The position numbers were made by a program, and so were the translations under genes. A stretch of 64,000 nucleotides of DNA from NCBI GenBank assembly GCA_041665325.1, contig JBAYJB010000001.1, positions 162,817-226,816 of the forward strand. Reading direction: 5' to 3'. This DNA comes from Minisyncoccota bacterium (lineage in GTDB: Bacteria; Patescibacteriota; Minisyncoccia; Phycocordibacterales; PALSA-1337). Positions 28,552 through 37,400 of the stretch are shown here, in pieces. The notes under the pieces are model-generated. The model was not told the DNA's origin. It saw only the letters and a program-made list of their open reading frames with translations, and searched no databases. Each line of letters starts with the position of its first letter. Position 1 is the first letter of the stretch.

Positions 28552-28920
28552 TTATTTGCCAGCGCGATGCCTCTTCTTGATCTCCTTGTATTTCTTCGAG
28601 CCCAGTTGTCCATCAACCGAACCCACGGGATATTTCTTGGCTGCCAGAGCGAGCTTTTGCCGGATGATCTCTTTGATATCGCAATCCAACAGGATAGACA
28701 TCTCCACGCAATAGATCAGGATATCCGCCAACTCTTTCTTAATCTCTTCTTTGATCAACGGGTCCTTCTCGACTTCTTCATTGAAAAAATTGCTCCACTG
28801 AAAATGCTCTAGGAGCTCGGCGGCTTCGATCACGATCGACTTGGCCACATCGCCCGGCGGCTGGCTATCCCAGCGGCGTTCCTTCATGAAATCCAAAACC
28901 TCTTTCTTTATATCTTCCAT
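28552..28920 (-). CDS. MazG-like all-alpha nucleotide pyrophosphohydrolase
   Basis: 122 aa. EAAELLEHFQW...EEIKKELADILIYCVEM is a typical MazG/NTP-PPase EExxE..D metal-binding helix pattern. Confidence 0.55.
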   Translation of the reverse strand: MEDIKKEVLDFMKERRWDSQPPGDVAKSIVIEAAELLEHFQWSNFFNEEVEKDPLIKEEIKKELADILIYCVEMSILLDCDIKEIIRQKLALAAKKYPVGSVDGQLGSKKYKEIKKRHRAGK

Positions 28921-28931
28921 ATAGTTATCTT

Positions 28932-29813
28932 CTACTTCATCTGCTCTACCACCATCTGCGCTTCCGTCAGGACTTGCTCGGCTTGTTCTCCCCTCACCCC
29001 GATCTCCTTAAGGATGCCCGGCTGGCCGACGACATCGATGCAAGTGAGGATATTCCGCCCGATGATGTCCTGCTTCTGTTGTCTGGTGAGTGTCGAGAGA
29101 CAGGTCACCGGATGCAGGCCGTTGTCCTCGATGATCTCGTGGAGATTGCCCTTGTTGGGATAGTTCCATCCGATCATGTTGATATTGTTGCACTCGCCGT
29201 ACTTCACAGCCACATCAGTGAATTTGGTATTGGTGACTAGCCAGCGCCCTTTGGAAGAGAGCTTGCGCGGCTGGCCGCCGAAGTCGAAGACGGTCTCGGA
29301 GAGGTCGTCAAAGCGGGACTTCACATAGAGGACCACCTTGAGATCAGACTTGAGGCCGAATTCGTTGTGGAACTTGGCCTCGACCATCGAGAGCTCTTCA
29401 CCCTTCCAGGCGACCACATCCATCTCATGCTCCACGCATGTACCGAGGAGCATCTGGTCGGTCAGCGTCTCATACCCCCAAAGCCGGAAGATACGCGCCA
29501 CGAAACGCTCGAATGGAAATCCGTCCGGTCCGAGGTCGAAGAGGGCCCGGCGGACGGAGTATCTGATCGCCGTCTTGTGGTGGTGCTGTTCGCGCAAGAG
29601 GTCAAAAGCTTGGTTGTAGATGTCAGCCGTGGTCATACCATCGCGCATTCCTCCCACTACCTCGCCCACGATCGCCTCGATGACATCAGGCTTGGTGCCG
29701 ACGCGCTTCAATGAATTGACCAATTTACTCTCGTCAAAGAGCTCCTTGGTGCCGTTGGATTTCAGGATGGAGATTGGGTTAGACATAGGGAGATTATACC
29801 CTGAAAAGACCAT
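28932..29813 (-). CDS. ATP-cone domain fused to a restriction-endonuclease-like (Mrr-cat type) domain
   Basis: N-terminus ILKSNGTKELFDESKLVNSLKRVG resembles the NrdR/NrdA ATP-cone. Central WGYETLTDQMLLGTCVEHEMDVVAWKGEELSMVEAKFHNE matches the PD-(D/E)xK Mrr-like core (D..E.K pattern). Confidence 0.55.
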   Translation of the reverse strand: MVFSGYNLPMSNPISILKSNGTKELFDESKLVNSLKRVGTKPDVIEAIVGEVVGGMRDGMTTADIYNQAFDLLREQHHHKTAIRYSVRRALFDLGPDGFPFERFVARIFRLWGYETLTDQMLLGTCVEHEMDVVAWKGEELSMVEAKFHNEFGLKSDLKVVLYVKSRFDDLSETVFDFGGQPRKLSSKGRWLVTNTKFTDVAVKYGECNNINMIGWNYPNKGNLHEIIEDNGLHPVTCLSTLTRQQKQDIIGRNILTCIDVVGQPGILKEIGVRGEQAEQVLTEAQMVVEQMK

Positions 29814-29825
29814 GAATGAGAATCA

Positions 29826-30893
29826 TCATTGGATAATCCCACCACCGAGACATTCATCGCCGCGATATATGACAAGCGATTGCCCCGGGGTCAAGGTATT
29901 CTGTGGGATGGCGAATTTTACGAAAATTTCGTCAAATCCACCACCCATGATGACGGAGACATCTTCGAGTGCCTGGCGGTAACGGCTGCGGGCTTGAAGC
30001 TTTTCGCCCGCCAGGGGCGGTGCGGAAACCCAACTGACCCTCCCCAAACTCACTTCCTGCCTGGAACTCTGCAAAACGCCCGCGCGTGACTCATTCGAAA
30101 CAGTCAGAGTATTGTTCCCGACATCCTTTGATACAACGAAGTATGGCGCATCATTCGGCGTCTTTTTGGTGACGGTGAATCCGTGTCGCTCGCCAATCGT
30201 AAAAAGCAATGCTCCGGGATGATTCCCGATGACTTCCCCAGACTCATTCAAGACATCCCCATTCCCTGTCTCGATATAATGCGAAAGGAACTCCTTCACA
30301 TCTAGTTTTCCAATAAAGCATAATCCCTGACTGTCTTTCTTCTCGGCGTTAGGCAGTTTGAATTTCTTCGCGAGAGCGCGCACCTCCGGCTTAGCCATGC
30401 CGCCAACCGGGAATAGGACGTGATCCAGATCGGCCTGCTTCAATGTCCACAAAAAATACGACTGATCCTTATTCGTGTCCTTGGAAACAAATAAACGCCC
30501 GTCTTTATTCTGCGCATAATGACCAGTGGCGATGAAATCAGCCCCCTGCCCTTCCGCCCATTTCCAAAAAGCACCGAACTTGACCTCACGGTTGCACATC
30601 ACATCGGGGTTCGGCGTGCGGCCAGCTGCGTATTCCGCGATCATATAGTCGATGACGCCTTCCTTATACTCCTTCTCCAGATTCAGGGTCATGAATGGAA
30701 TGCCGAGATGCGCCGCCGCACGCATAGCTTCCAGCCGCTCCTCCCGCCAGTTGCAGGCGATCCAATCGGGCTGCCAGACCTGGATGAAAACGCCAATGAC
30801 CTCGTAGCCGGCCCGCTTCAATAAAGCTGCCGAGACGGCGCTATCCACACCACCAGACATGCCCACCATGACTTTCTTGCCTTGACTTTTCAT
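29826..30893 (-). CDS. mnmA: tRNA-specific 2-thiouridylase MnmA (start at MKSQGKK)
   Basis: KVMVGMSGGVDSAVSAALL PP-loop, and Cys motifs CNREVKFGAF ... GLCFIG. 355 aa. Confidence 0.85.
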   Translation of the reverse strand: MKSQGKKVMVGMSGGVDSAVSAALLKRAGYEVIGVFIQVWQPDWIACNWREERLEAMRAAAHLGIPFMTLNLEKEYKEGVIDYMIAEYAAGRTPNPDVMCNREVKFGAFWKWAEGQGADFIATGHYAQNKDGRLFVSKDTNKDQSYFLWTLKQADLDHVLFPVGGMAKPEVRALAKKFKLPNAEKKDSQGLCFIGKLDVKEFLSHYIETGNGDVLNESGEVIGNHPGALLFTIGERHGFTVTKKTPNDAPYFVVSKDVGNNTLTVSNESRAGVLQSSRQEVSLGRVSWVSAPPLAGEKLQARSRYRQALEDVSVIMGGGFDEIFVKFAIPQNTLTPGQSLVIYRGDECLGGGIIQ

Positions 30894-30907
30894 ACCCGAA
30901 AGATAAC

Positions 30908-31018
30908 ATGAGTCCAAACGTTCCCCAAACTCTTATCATGGAAATCATCATCATTCCGGCGATCTGGCTGGTCATGGCTCTCCTGGTCAGCACCGAACCA
31001 GAGCCATCCACCAAGTAA
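30908..31018 (+). CDS. Possible 36-aa hydrophobic peptide (speculative)
   Basis: MSPNVPQTLIMEIIIIPAIWLVMALLVSTEPEPSTK, followed 8 nt later by a strong + strand terminator. Confidence 0.25.
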   Translation: MSPNVPQTLIMEIIIIPAIWLVMALLVSTEPEPSTK

Positions 31019-31026
31019 CCGCCAAG

Positions 31027-31059
31027 GCATGTGACGCGCGACCATTACCCCGGGTCGCG
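31027..31059 (+). terminator. Rho-independent terminator (GCGCGACC-attacccc-GGGTCGCGC + TTTTTTATT)
   Basis: 8-bp GC stem followed by T6. Confidence 0.55.
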
Positions 31060-31064
31060 CTTTT

Positions 31065-32012
31065 TTATTGTAGATATTTGACCCGATTGACATTATGCCC
31101 CTCTAGCGTCGTCGCGTAGTGAGTCACCCCATCCTTGTCGGAAAGATAATACCAGGAAGCCGTCTCTTTGGGATGGAGCGTGTCGATGATCGTCGCCAAT
31201 CCCGGACTGCCTATCGGCGTCGGCGGCAAACCACGGTTCTGGTACGAGTTGTAGGGCGATTTCATCTTGAGATCATCCAGCGTGAGCACCTTGGTCGACG
31301 TGCTCAAGGCATAGAAGAAGGTCGCGTCAGCTTGGAGTGCCATGCCGACAGACAAGCGTTTCCAGAGGATGCCGGCGATGACCTTGCGATCAGCGCTCGA
31401 CGAAGCCTCTTTCTCGACGATCGAAGCCATGATGATGATGTCGCGAAGCGTGCGATCAGAATCGTCGATGTCGGCCTGGATAGTCGCGATCTTGCGATCG
31501 AAGATCGCGCTCATATCAGCGACTGCTTGTTCTGGAGTAAGGTTGGCCGGCCAGAAATATGTATCAGGGAAAAGGAAGCCTTCTTTCGGCTTGGCAAGCA
31601 TAAGAAAAGCTTCTGTATCAAAGTTCGAGATCCTCTGTGAGATGATGGCCGCAATGTCTCGTGTCTCGCTTCCTTCGGGGATCGTGACCTTGACGATCGG
31701 GAATCCTCCATATCCCCTAGCTACGCGATGTGCAACGCTCACGGCTGACTCCGACGCGGCAAAGAGATATGTCCCCGCTTTTACACCGTTCTTGCCGCCA
31801 AAAAAGGCCACATAGGCCCTGAACAATAATTTGGAACGGACTAGGCCCGCCTCCTTGAGAGTGGTTGCAGTTCGACTCAAGCTGTATCCATTGCCGATCT
31901 GGACGATCTTTCCGGAAGGAAAATCGCTCGGCGCCGTAGAAGCTATGATCAGACCAAAAAGGATCACTAACAAAGAGGCGCCGCTGATTCGTAACCAATA
32001 TGGTATATGCAT
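31065..32012 (-). CDS. mltG: Endolytic murein transglycosylase MltG (YceG family)
   Basis: N-terminal TM, then the YceG domain with the conserved E in IVEKEASSSADRKVIAGILWKRL and the MALQADATFFYAL segment. 315 aa. Confidence 0.85.
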   Translation of the reverse strand: MHIPYWLRISGASLLVILFGLIIASTAPSDFPSGKIVQIGNGYSLSRTATTLKEAGLVRSKLLFRAYVAFFGGKNGVKAGTYLFAASESAVSVAHRVARGYGGFPIVKVTIPEGSETRDIAAIISQRISNFDTEAFLMLAKPKEGFLFPDTYFWPANLTPEQAVADMSAIFDRKIATIQADIDDSDRTLRDIIIMASIVEKEASSSADRKVIAGILWKRLSVGMALQADATFFYALSTSTKVLTLDDLKMKSPYNSYQNRGLPPTPIGSPGLATIIDTLHPKETASWYYLSDKDGVTHYATTLEGHNVNRVKYLQ

Positions 32013-32013
32013 A

Positions 32014-33285
32014 TTAGATCGGCAGATTGGTCGGCGCTTCGGATTTCTTGGAAGTGACGCGAGCTAGGCCAGGAGTCGAAGAGACCGAACCCGGGAAGTG
32101 GAAGATCGTCGCCAACTCCTCCGTGTTCAAGACCAGAGACGGCGATTTGTACGGCGGATAGAAAGCGGAGCGCCGGCGATAGGCCATGAGGACCTTACGA
32201 GACAGATAGTTGCGACGAAAATCCATGAAATCCTGCCAAGGATAGTCAAATTGAGCCATCCACTTACTGCCGTTCGGCCGGAAGCCGTTCAGATGCTCGG
32301 TATTGAATTGCTTCATGCTGGAAATGAGACCACCGAGGCCGAATGGTGTGTCGAAGGCGCTCCTCTTGGCTAGATAGACAGCCCGGACGCACACATCGAA
32401 TGGCAGCTTGGTCACGCTGCGCTCGATGGCTTTGACTATATCCCGCTCACCCTCGGAGAAAGTAGGCAGGATCGGGAACCCCGCCTCGCTCACCTGCCGC
32501 GAAGCCTTGGTCTTGGGATCGCGGAGCAAGATCTTGTTGACCTCTGCTTCGGCCTCATCCTTCCATCGATCTGTCTTCTTCCAGAGATGTCCGGCCTTCC
32601 TCTGCTCCTTCACATGGGCCCGGATGATGAACTGGAACCAAGCCTGTTCGTTCGGCCGCAGACTGCCCAACCACTCGATGACATGGGTCAGCGGGTCGAC
32701 CTTGAACTCCTCCTTGGGGTCCCGATCGAGCCCGTAGTCTACATAAGTTTTGATCGGATACGGGTCGGGTTTATTGAACTTGAACTCCGCGGCCCAGATC
32801 TTGATCTCCTTTGGGTCAAAATGAACGGAATTGGCATAATCCGCGCGCTCGGTGATCTCGATACCCGGATACTGTGAATAGAGAGCCGACATGAGATTGC
32901 TCTTGCGGCGATCCTCCGTCCAGATCAAGAATTTGACCTGGCCTTCAACGGAGATGAGCTCAAACGAATACCACGGCCTCGTCTCACCCCTCCAGAACTT
33001 GGCGTACGCACTGCCATCGGCCGTATTGTGGATGGATTGGAAGACGGTCTCCATGGCCAGCGGCGACTTGAAGGTATCCTTAGGCAGTTTGAGCTCGAGG
33101 ATAGTGTATTTGATCCCGAGGAATTGTTTGAGCTGGACATATCTGATCCACACATGCCAGAAGATGAACCAGAGACAGATCGCCAGGAGGATCGGCGAGA
33201 GGAAGACGATATAATATTCGGCCGTCGGCAGGAGCGTAGAGCGGAAGCCGCTTCCGAATATATCGACGATGTCCGCAAAAGTCAT
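32014..33285 (-). CDS. Hypothetical membrane-anchored protein (423 aa)
   Basis: N-terminal TM IVFLSPILLAICLWFIFWHVWI, then a large soluble domain with no recognised motif. C-terminal EELATIFHFPG. There is a 1-nt gap to mltG and it lies downstream of the sigma-region-4 protein. Confidence 0.5.
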   Translation of the reverse strand: MTFADIVDIFGSGFRSTLLPTAEYYIVFLSPILLAICLWFIFWHVWIRYVQLKQFLGIKYTILELKLPKDTFKSPLAMETVFQSIHNTADGSAYAKFWRGETRPWYSFELISVEGQVKFLIWTEDRRKSNLMSALYSQYPGIEITERADYANSVHFDPKEIKIWAAEFKFNKPDPYPIKTYVDYGLDRDPKEEFKVDPLTHVIEWLGSLRPNEQAWFQFIIRAHVKEQRKAGHLWKKTDRWKDEAEAEVNKILLRDPKTKASRQVSEAGFPILPTFSEGERDIVKAIERSVTKLPFDVCVRAVYLAKRSAFDTPFGLGGLISSMKQFNTEHLNGFRPNGSKWMAQFDYPWQDFMDFRRNYLSRKVLMAYRRRSAFYPPYKSPSLVLNTEELATIFHFPGSVSSTPGLARVTSKKSEAPTNLPI

Positions 33286-33339
33286 GCGGTTATTATAGCA
33301 GAATATGGCGAGGGTAATAACCCTCGCCTGTTCGTAATG

Positions 33340-34377
33340 TTAGGCGACCACCGTGTACTTTCCCTGATTGTCGCGCTTGAAATATTTAGGATTCTGGAGG
33401 TTGACGGCGATGGTATTCTCCTTGACATAGCGCTCTTTCATGACCTTCGAGAGCACGTCTTCCTTGGTCATAGCGCCACCCTTCACGAGAATATTCTTGA
33501 TGACGTCACGCACGACGCCGGGTGAATAGCCCCATTCGGCTAGTGCATAGAGGCCGCGGCCAACCAGGACGAAGCGCTTGTCCTTGATGAGCTCGTTGTG
33601 GGTGGTGGCAACATGGGCCTTCTTATCGAAAAGCTTCTCGATCTGCTTGGCCACATCGCGGAAGTGGATCGGCGAACCATGCTTCCTGATGACTAGGAAG
33701 GCATAGTCGCGCACACCCTTGGTGTGGATATTGGAAGAGTGGGTGGCACCCCAGTCGCCAAGAGCATTCTTGCCAATCTTCTTGGAGATAAGGAGCCAAC
33801 GGCGCATGATCTCTTGGTTCTTGTATTTCTCGGAAACTTCCTCGAGGTGCTGGAGGAGGCGGTTGACCATCTCCGACTCCGGCAGAAGGTCGTCAGCGGA
33901 GAGATTGGCGTAGAGCTTATGCAAAGCATCCTCCACCTTTTTGGCTAGCTCCTCGTTGGCGTGCCAACGGTGGCGGAAGTTGTTGTCTTCCTTACGCTTC
34001 GTGAATGGTTCGCCGATCGTGAGGAGGAAATGGATATGGTTCTGGTAGCTCTTGTCCTTGGAGATATGGCCGAGGAAATCTTCCTCGACGACCATGCCGC
34101 CCAATGTGTGGAGTAGATCCTCGATCTCGACGAAAGCCGCCTTCTCGGCCTTGTATTCGTCGGACTTGCGGATGATGCCAAGGGCGTAGTTCTCGATCTG
34201 ACGGACGCGTTCCCTGGTGATGCCGTATTTCCTGCCGATACTATCGAGAGTCATGTGCTTCTCGTCCTTGCCGAGGCCATAACGGAATATGATGATCTCG
34301 CAGGCCCGGTCAGGCAGGCATGAGAGCAGGCGCTTGATGACCTGCTTGGGCTTGAATGAAATGGTAGGGGTAGGCAT
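33340..34377 (-). CDS. Sigma-70 region 4 (HTH) domain protein with a large C-terminal extension
   Basis: ACEIIIFRYGLGKDEKHMTLDSIGRKYGITRERVRQIENYALGII is a classical sigma70 region 4.2 HTH. The remaining roughly 270 aa are unassigned. Confidence 0.55.
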   Translation of the reverse strand: MPTPTISFKPKQVIKRLLSCLPDRACEIIIFRYGLGKDEKHMTLDSIGRKYGITRERVRQIENYALGIIRKSDEYKAEKAAFVEIEDLLHTLGGMVVEEDFLGHISKDKSYQNHIHFLLTIGEPFTKRKEDNNFRHRWHANEELAKKVEDALHKLYANLSADDLLPESEMVNRLLQHLEEVSEKYKNQEIMRRWLLISKKIGKNALGDWGATHSSNIHTKGVRDYAFLVIRKHGSPIHFRDVAKQIEKLFDKKAHVATTHNELIKDKRFVLVGRGLYALAEWGYSPGVVRDVIKNILVKGGAMTKEDVLSKVMKERYVKENTIAVNLQNPKYFKRDNQGKYTVVA

Positions 34378-34432
34378 GTAGGTGTGCGATCTGTTGTTCC
34401 TATGTTATATCACCAGCTTGTAATAAAGTCAA

Positions 34433-37400
34433 CTATGTGGCCACAATATTCACCAATTTGTCCGGGACCACGATCGTGCGCCGTATTTCCTTTGCTTCTA
34501 GCCATTTTTTGGCTTCTGGTAGATCTCTGGCCATCTTTTCAAGATCCTCCTTCCCTGTTCCTGTTGGTGCCATGAATGAGCCGCGGACCTTGCCGTTGAC
34601 CTGGAGCATGATCTTGACTTCGCTCTCGATCAGCATGTCAGGATCACACTTAGGCCATTCGGAAGTGTGAATAGATTTTTTATTTCCCATGCTCGACCAC
34701 AACTCCTCGGCGACGTGCGGCGCGAACGGGGCGAGGAGCTTGAGATATGATTCGAGGGCTGTTCTCGATACCGATTCGCTCTTCTCCAGCTCATTCAGAC
34801 AGATCATAAGCGTGCTGATCGCCGTGTTGAACTTCAATCCTTGGATATCATCGGTCACTTTCTTGATAGTCCTGTGAATTATAGTTGGAACGGCTGTATC
34901 CCCGGTAGTCCTATCGGCGAACTTCCAAACGCGCTCGATGAAGCGGCGCGATCCGACCATGCTGGCGGTGCTCCAGGCGATCTGCTGGTCGAACGGGCCC
35001 ATGAACATCTCGTAGAGGCGCAGGGTGTCGGCTCCGTAAGTCGCGATGATGTCGTCCGGGTTGATGACATTGCCGAAGCGCTTGGACATCTTCCTGCCAT
35101 CCTCGCCCATGATCAGACCGACGCTCTGGAGCTTGGTGAACGGCTCTATATAGGAGACGGCCCCGATGTCGTAGAGGAACTTATGCCAGAAGCGGGCATA
35201 GATGAGGTGGCGCGTGGCGTGCTCTGCCCCGCCAACATAGAGATCGACCGGCGACCAATGCTTCTCTTTCGCCGGGTCGACAAGCTGCTTCTTGTTATTC
35301 GGATCTTCGTAGCGCAGATAGTACCAGCTCGAACCGGCCCACTGCGGCATGGTGTTGGTTTCGCGCTTCCCTTTGCCGCCGCATTGAGGACACTTGACGT
35401 TGACCCACTTGTCGATAGCGGCAAGCGGTGATTCCCCTGTCCCGGTAGGCTCATAAGACTTCACTTTGGGCAGTTTGACCGGCAGATCCTTCTCGGGCAC
35501 GGCTACTACGCCGCACTTGTCGCAATGAATGACCGGTATCGGCTCGCCCCAATAGCGTTGGCGGGAGAAGACCCAGTCGCGAAGCTTGTAGCGAGTGACC
35601 CAGCGACCACTAACGAACGTGGTTATATCCCTCATGACTGATGAGGACTCCTTATTATCGAACATATCGGAATTCATCAATCGCCCATCACCAACATAAG
35701 CGCTGGCCTTAAATCTAATCTTGTCGCTTGTCTTGTCGTATCCTAATTCGATCGCCAAACCAATGGCCTGCTGGATGAATCTAAGCCAGTGATGATTGCC
35801 ATCTCCATTCCACGATCTTATGCCATCGTCGAGCTCGTCTGCAGATAGCCAGACTAGGTCAAACTTCTCGTGAGCCTCATGCTTCACATCTTTAGAGTCG
35901 GATTTTTTAAGGATCACGAGCAGACATGTGGCATCAGCTACTCGGTTGAGATGCTTCAGTGAATGGTAATAATGGGCTCGAGCTTTTTCTACTACTTCCA
36001 CTTTCTCAAAATCGTACAAACCGCTTTCCTCTGTTATCTCCCTCAAAATCCCCTCTTGAAGATCTTCACCCTTGTTCAACCCACCGGCAAAAAGCCCGAC
36101 CTTCCCATCCTCGCGCTTGTAAGCAGCATATTTCTGCTTCACCGGATCAAATACGACCCCACATCCTCCACCTCTTTCTTCTTCGTTCTCACGCTTGGTT
36201 CCAAACTCAGGAACAATCACTTGCCTTATTTGCAATCCGTACTTCTTAGCAAAAGCTAAGTCGCGCTCGTCATGTGCCGGCACTGCCATGACCGCACCGG
36301 TGCCGTAGTCGGCAAGGACATAGTCGGCGATCCAGACCGGCACCTCTTCTTTGTTTGCCGGATTGACGGCCCAGACACCTTTGAGTTCGACACCGGTCTT
36401 CTCCTTGGACAGATCGGTGCGCTCGATCTGAGTAGCGATCAGGGCTTGCGCCATGTACTGCTCGACTTCCTGCTTATTCTCGAGCCGCGGTAATAGTTCC
36501 TTGACCCAAGGATGTTCCGGAGCCAAGACCATGTAAGTCACCCCGAACAACGTGTCCGGGCGGGTGGTGAAAACTTTGACATTTGGAGTCACGCTCTCGA
36601 GCACAGCCGGTTCTTGCAGAGCACAGAAATGTTCTTTGGCCGCAGAGGTCTCGGTGAGAGCGCCGGAAAGCTCCTTGGTAAGCTGTTTGAGCCATGGTAT
36701 GCGCTTTTCCTCCTTGATGTCCGAAAGCACGGCGACACGCCCTTGGGCGAGCTTATTGATCAATTTGTAATCGAAATCCCAATCAAAATTTTTGTGGTAG
36801 ACGCGCGGCTTAGAGTTCTTATTGAAACCTGGTGGCATAGCCGCAGCTACTAGCACCAACCCGGATATCGGACGGTTGAGCTTCATGAGCGCCTTCATAG
36901 CAACGATCGCTCCGAGACTGTGTCCGATTACGACGGTATATTCGTCTAACTTACAATTCTTGAGCACATATTCGACTTGTTCGGACTCCTTTGGATCAGT
37001 CGAGTTTGGCAATTCAGGAGTCTCAACTTCATGGCCGCGCTGTTGTAGTTCGGCCTTGAGCCAGGGGATGAAATTATTCTTGGCACTGCCGGTATAGCCA
37101 TGGAGGATGACGAACCGCGACTTGTGGTTTTTGAGGACTAGGCGGAAATCGATCTCTGCTCCCTCGCTCCTGCCGATCCAATTACGCTGGGCTTCCTTGA
37201 TCGATTCAGGCCAGTTGAGAAGAGGTTTTATTTCTTGTTTTTTGGCTCCGGTAAAGAGATCCCACAGATAAGTCATATCCTCGTAATTCGTAAAATCCCT
37301 GACTTCGTCGCGAGAAAGCCAGACATGTTCATGGAGAGATTTCTCCTCCTCATTTGTCTCTTCCCGCTCGTCGTTCAGAAGCTCGACATAAACGCCGGTA

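Noticed and set aside
30890-31093. Minus-strand 67-aa ORF between mnmA and mltG
   Set aside because: It overlaps the strong + strand terminator hairpin and the mnmA start region, and its composition is atypical. The + strand 36-aa hydrophobic ORF plus terminator is the more plausible (still speculative) reading of this spacer.
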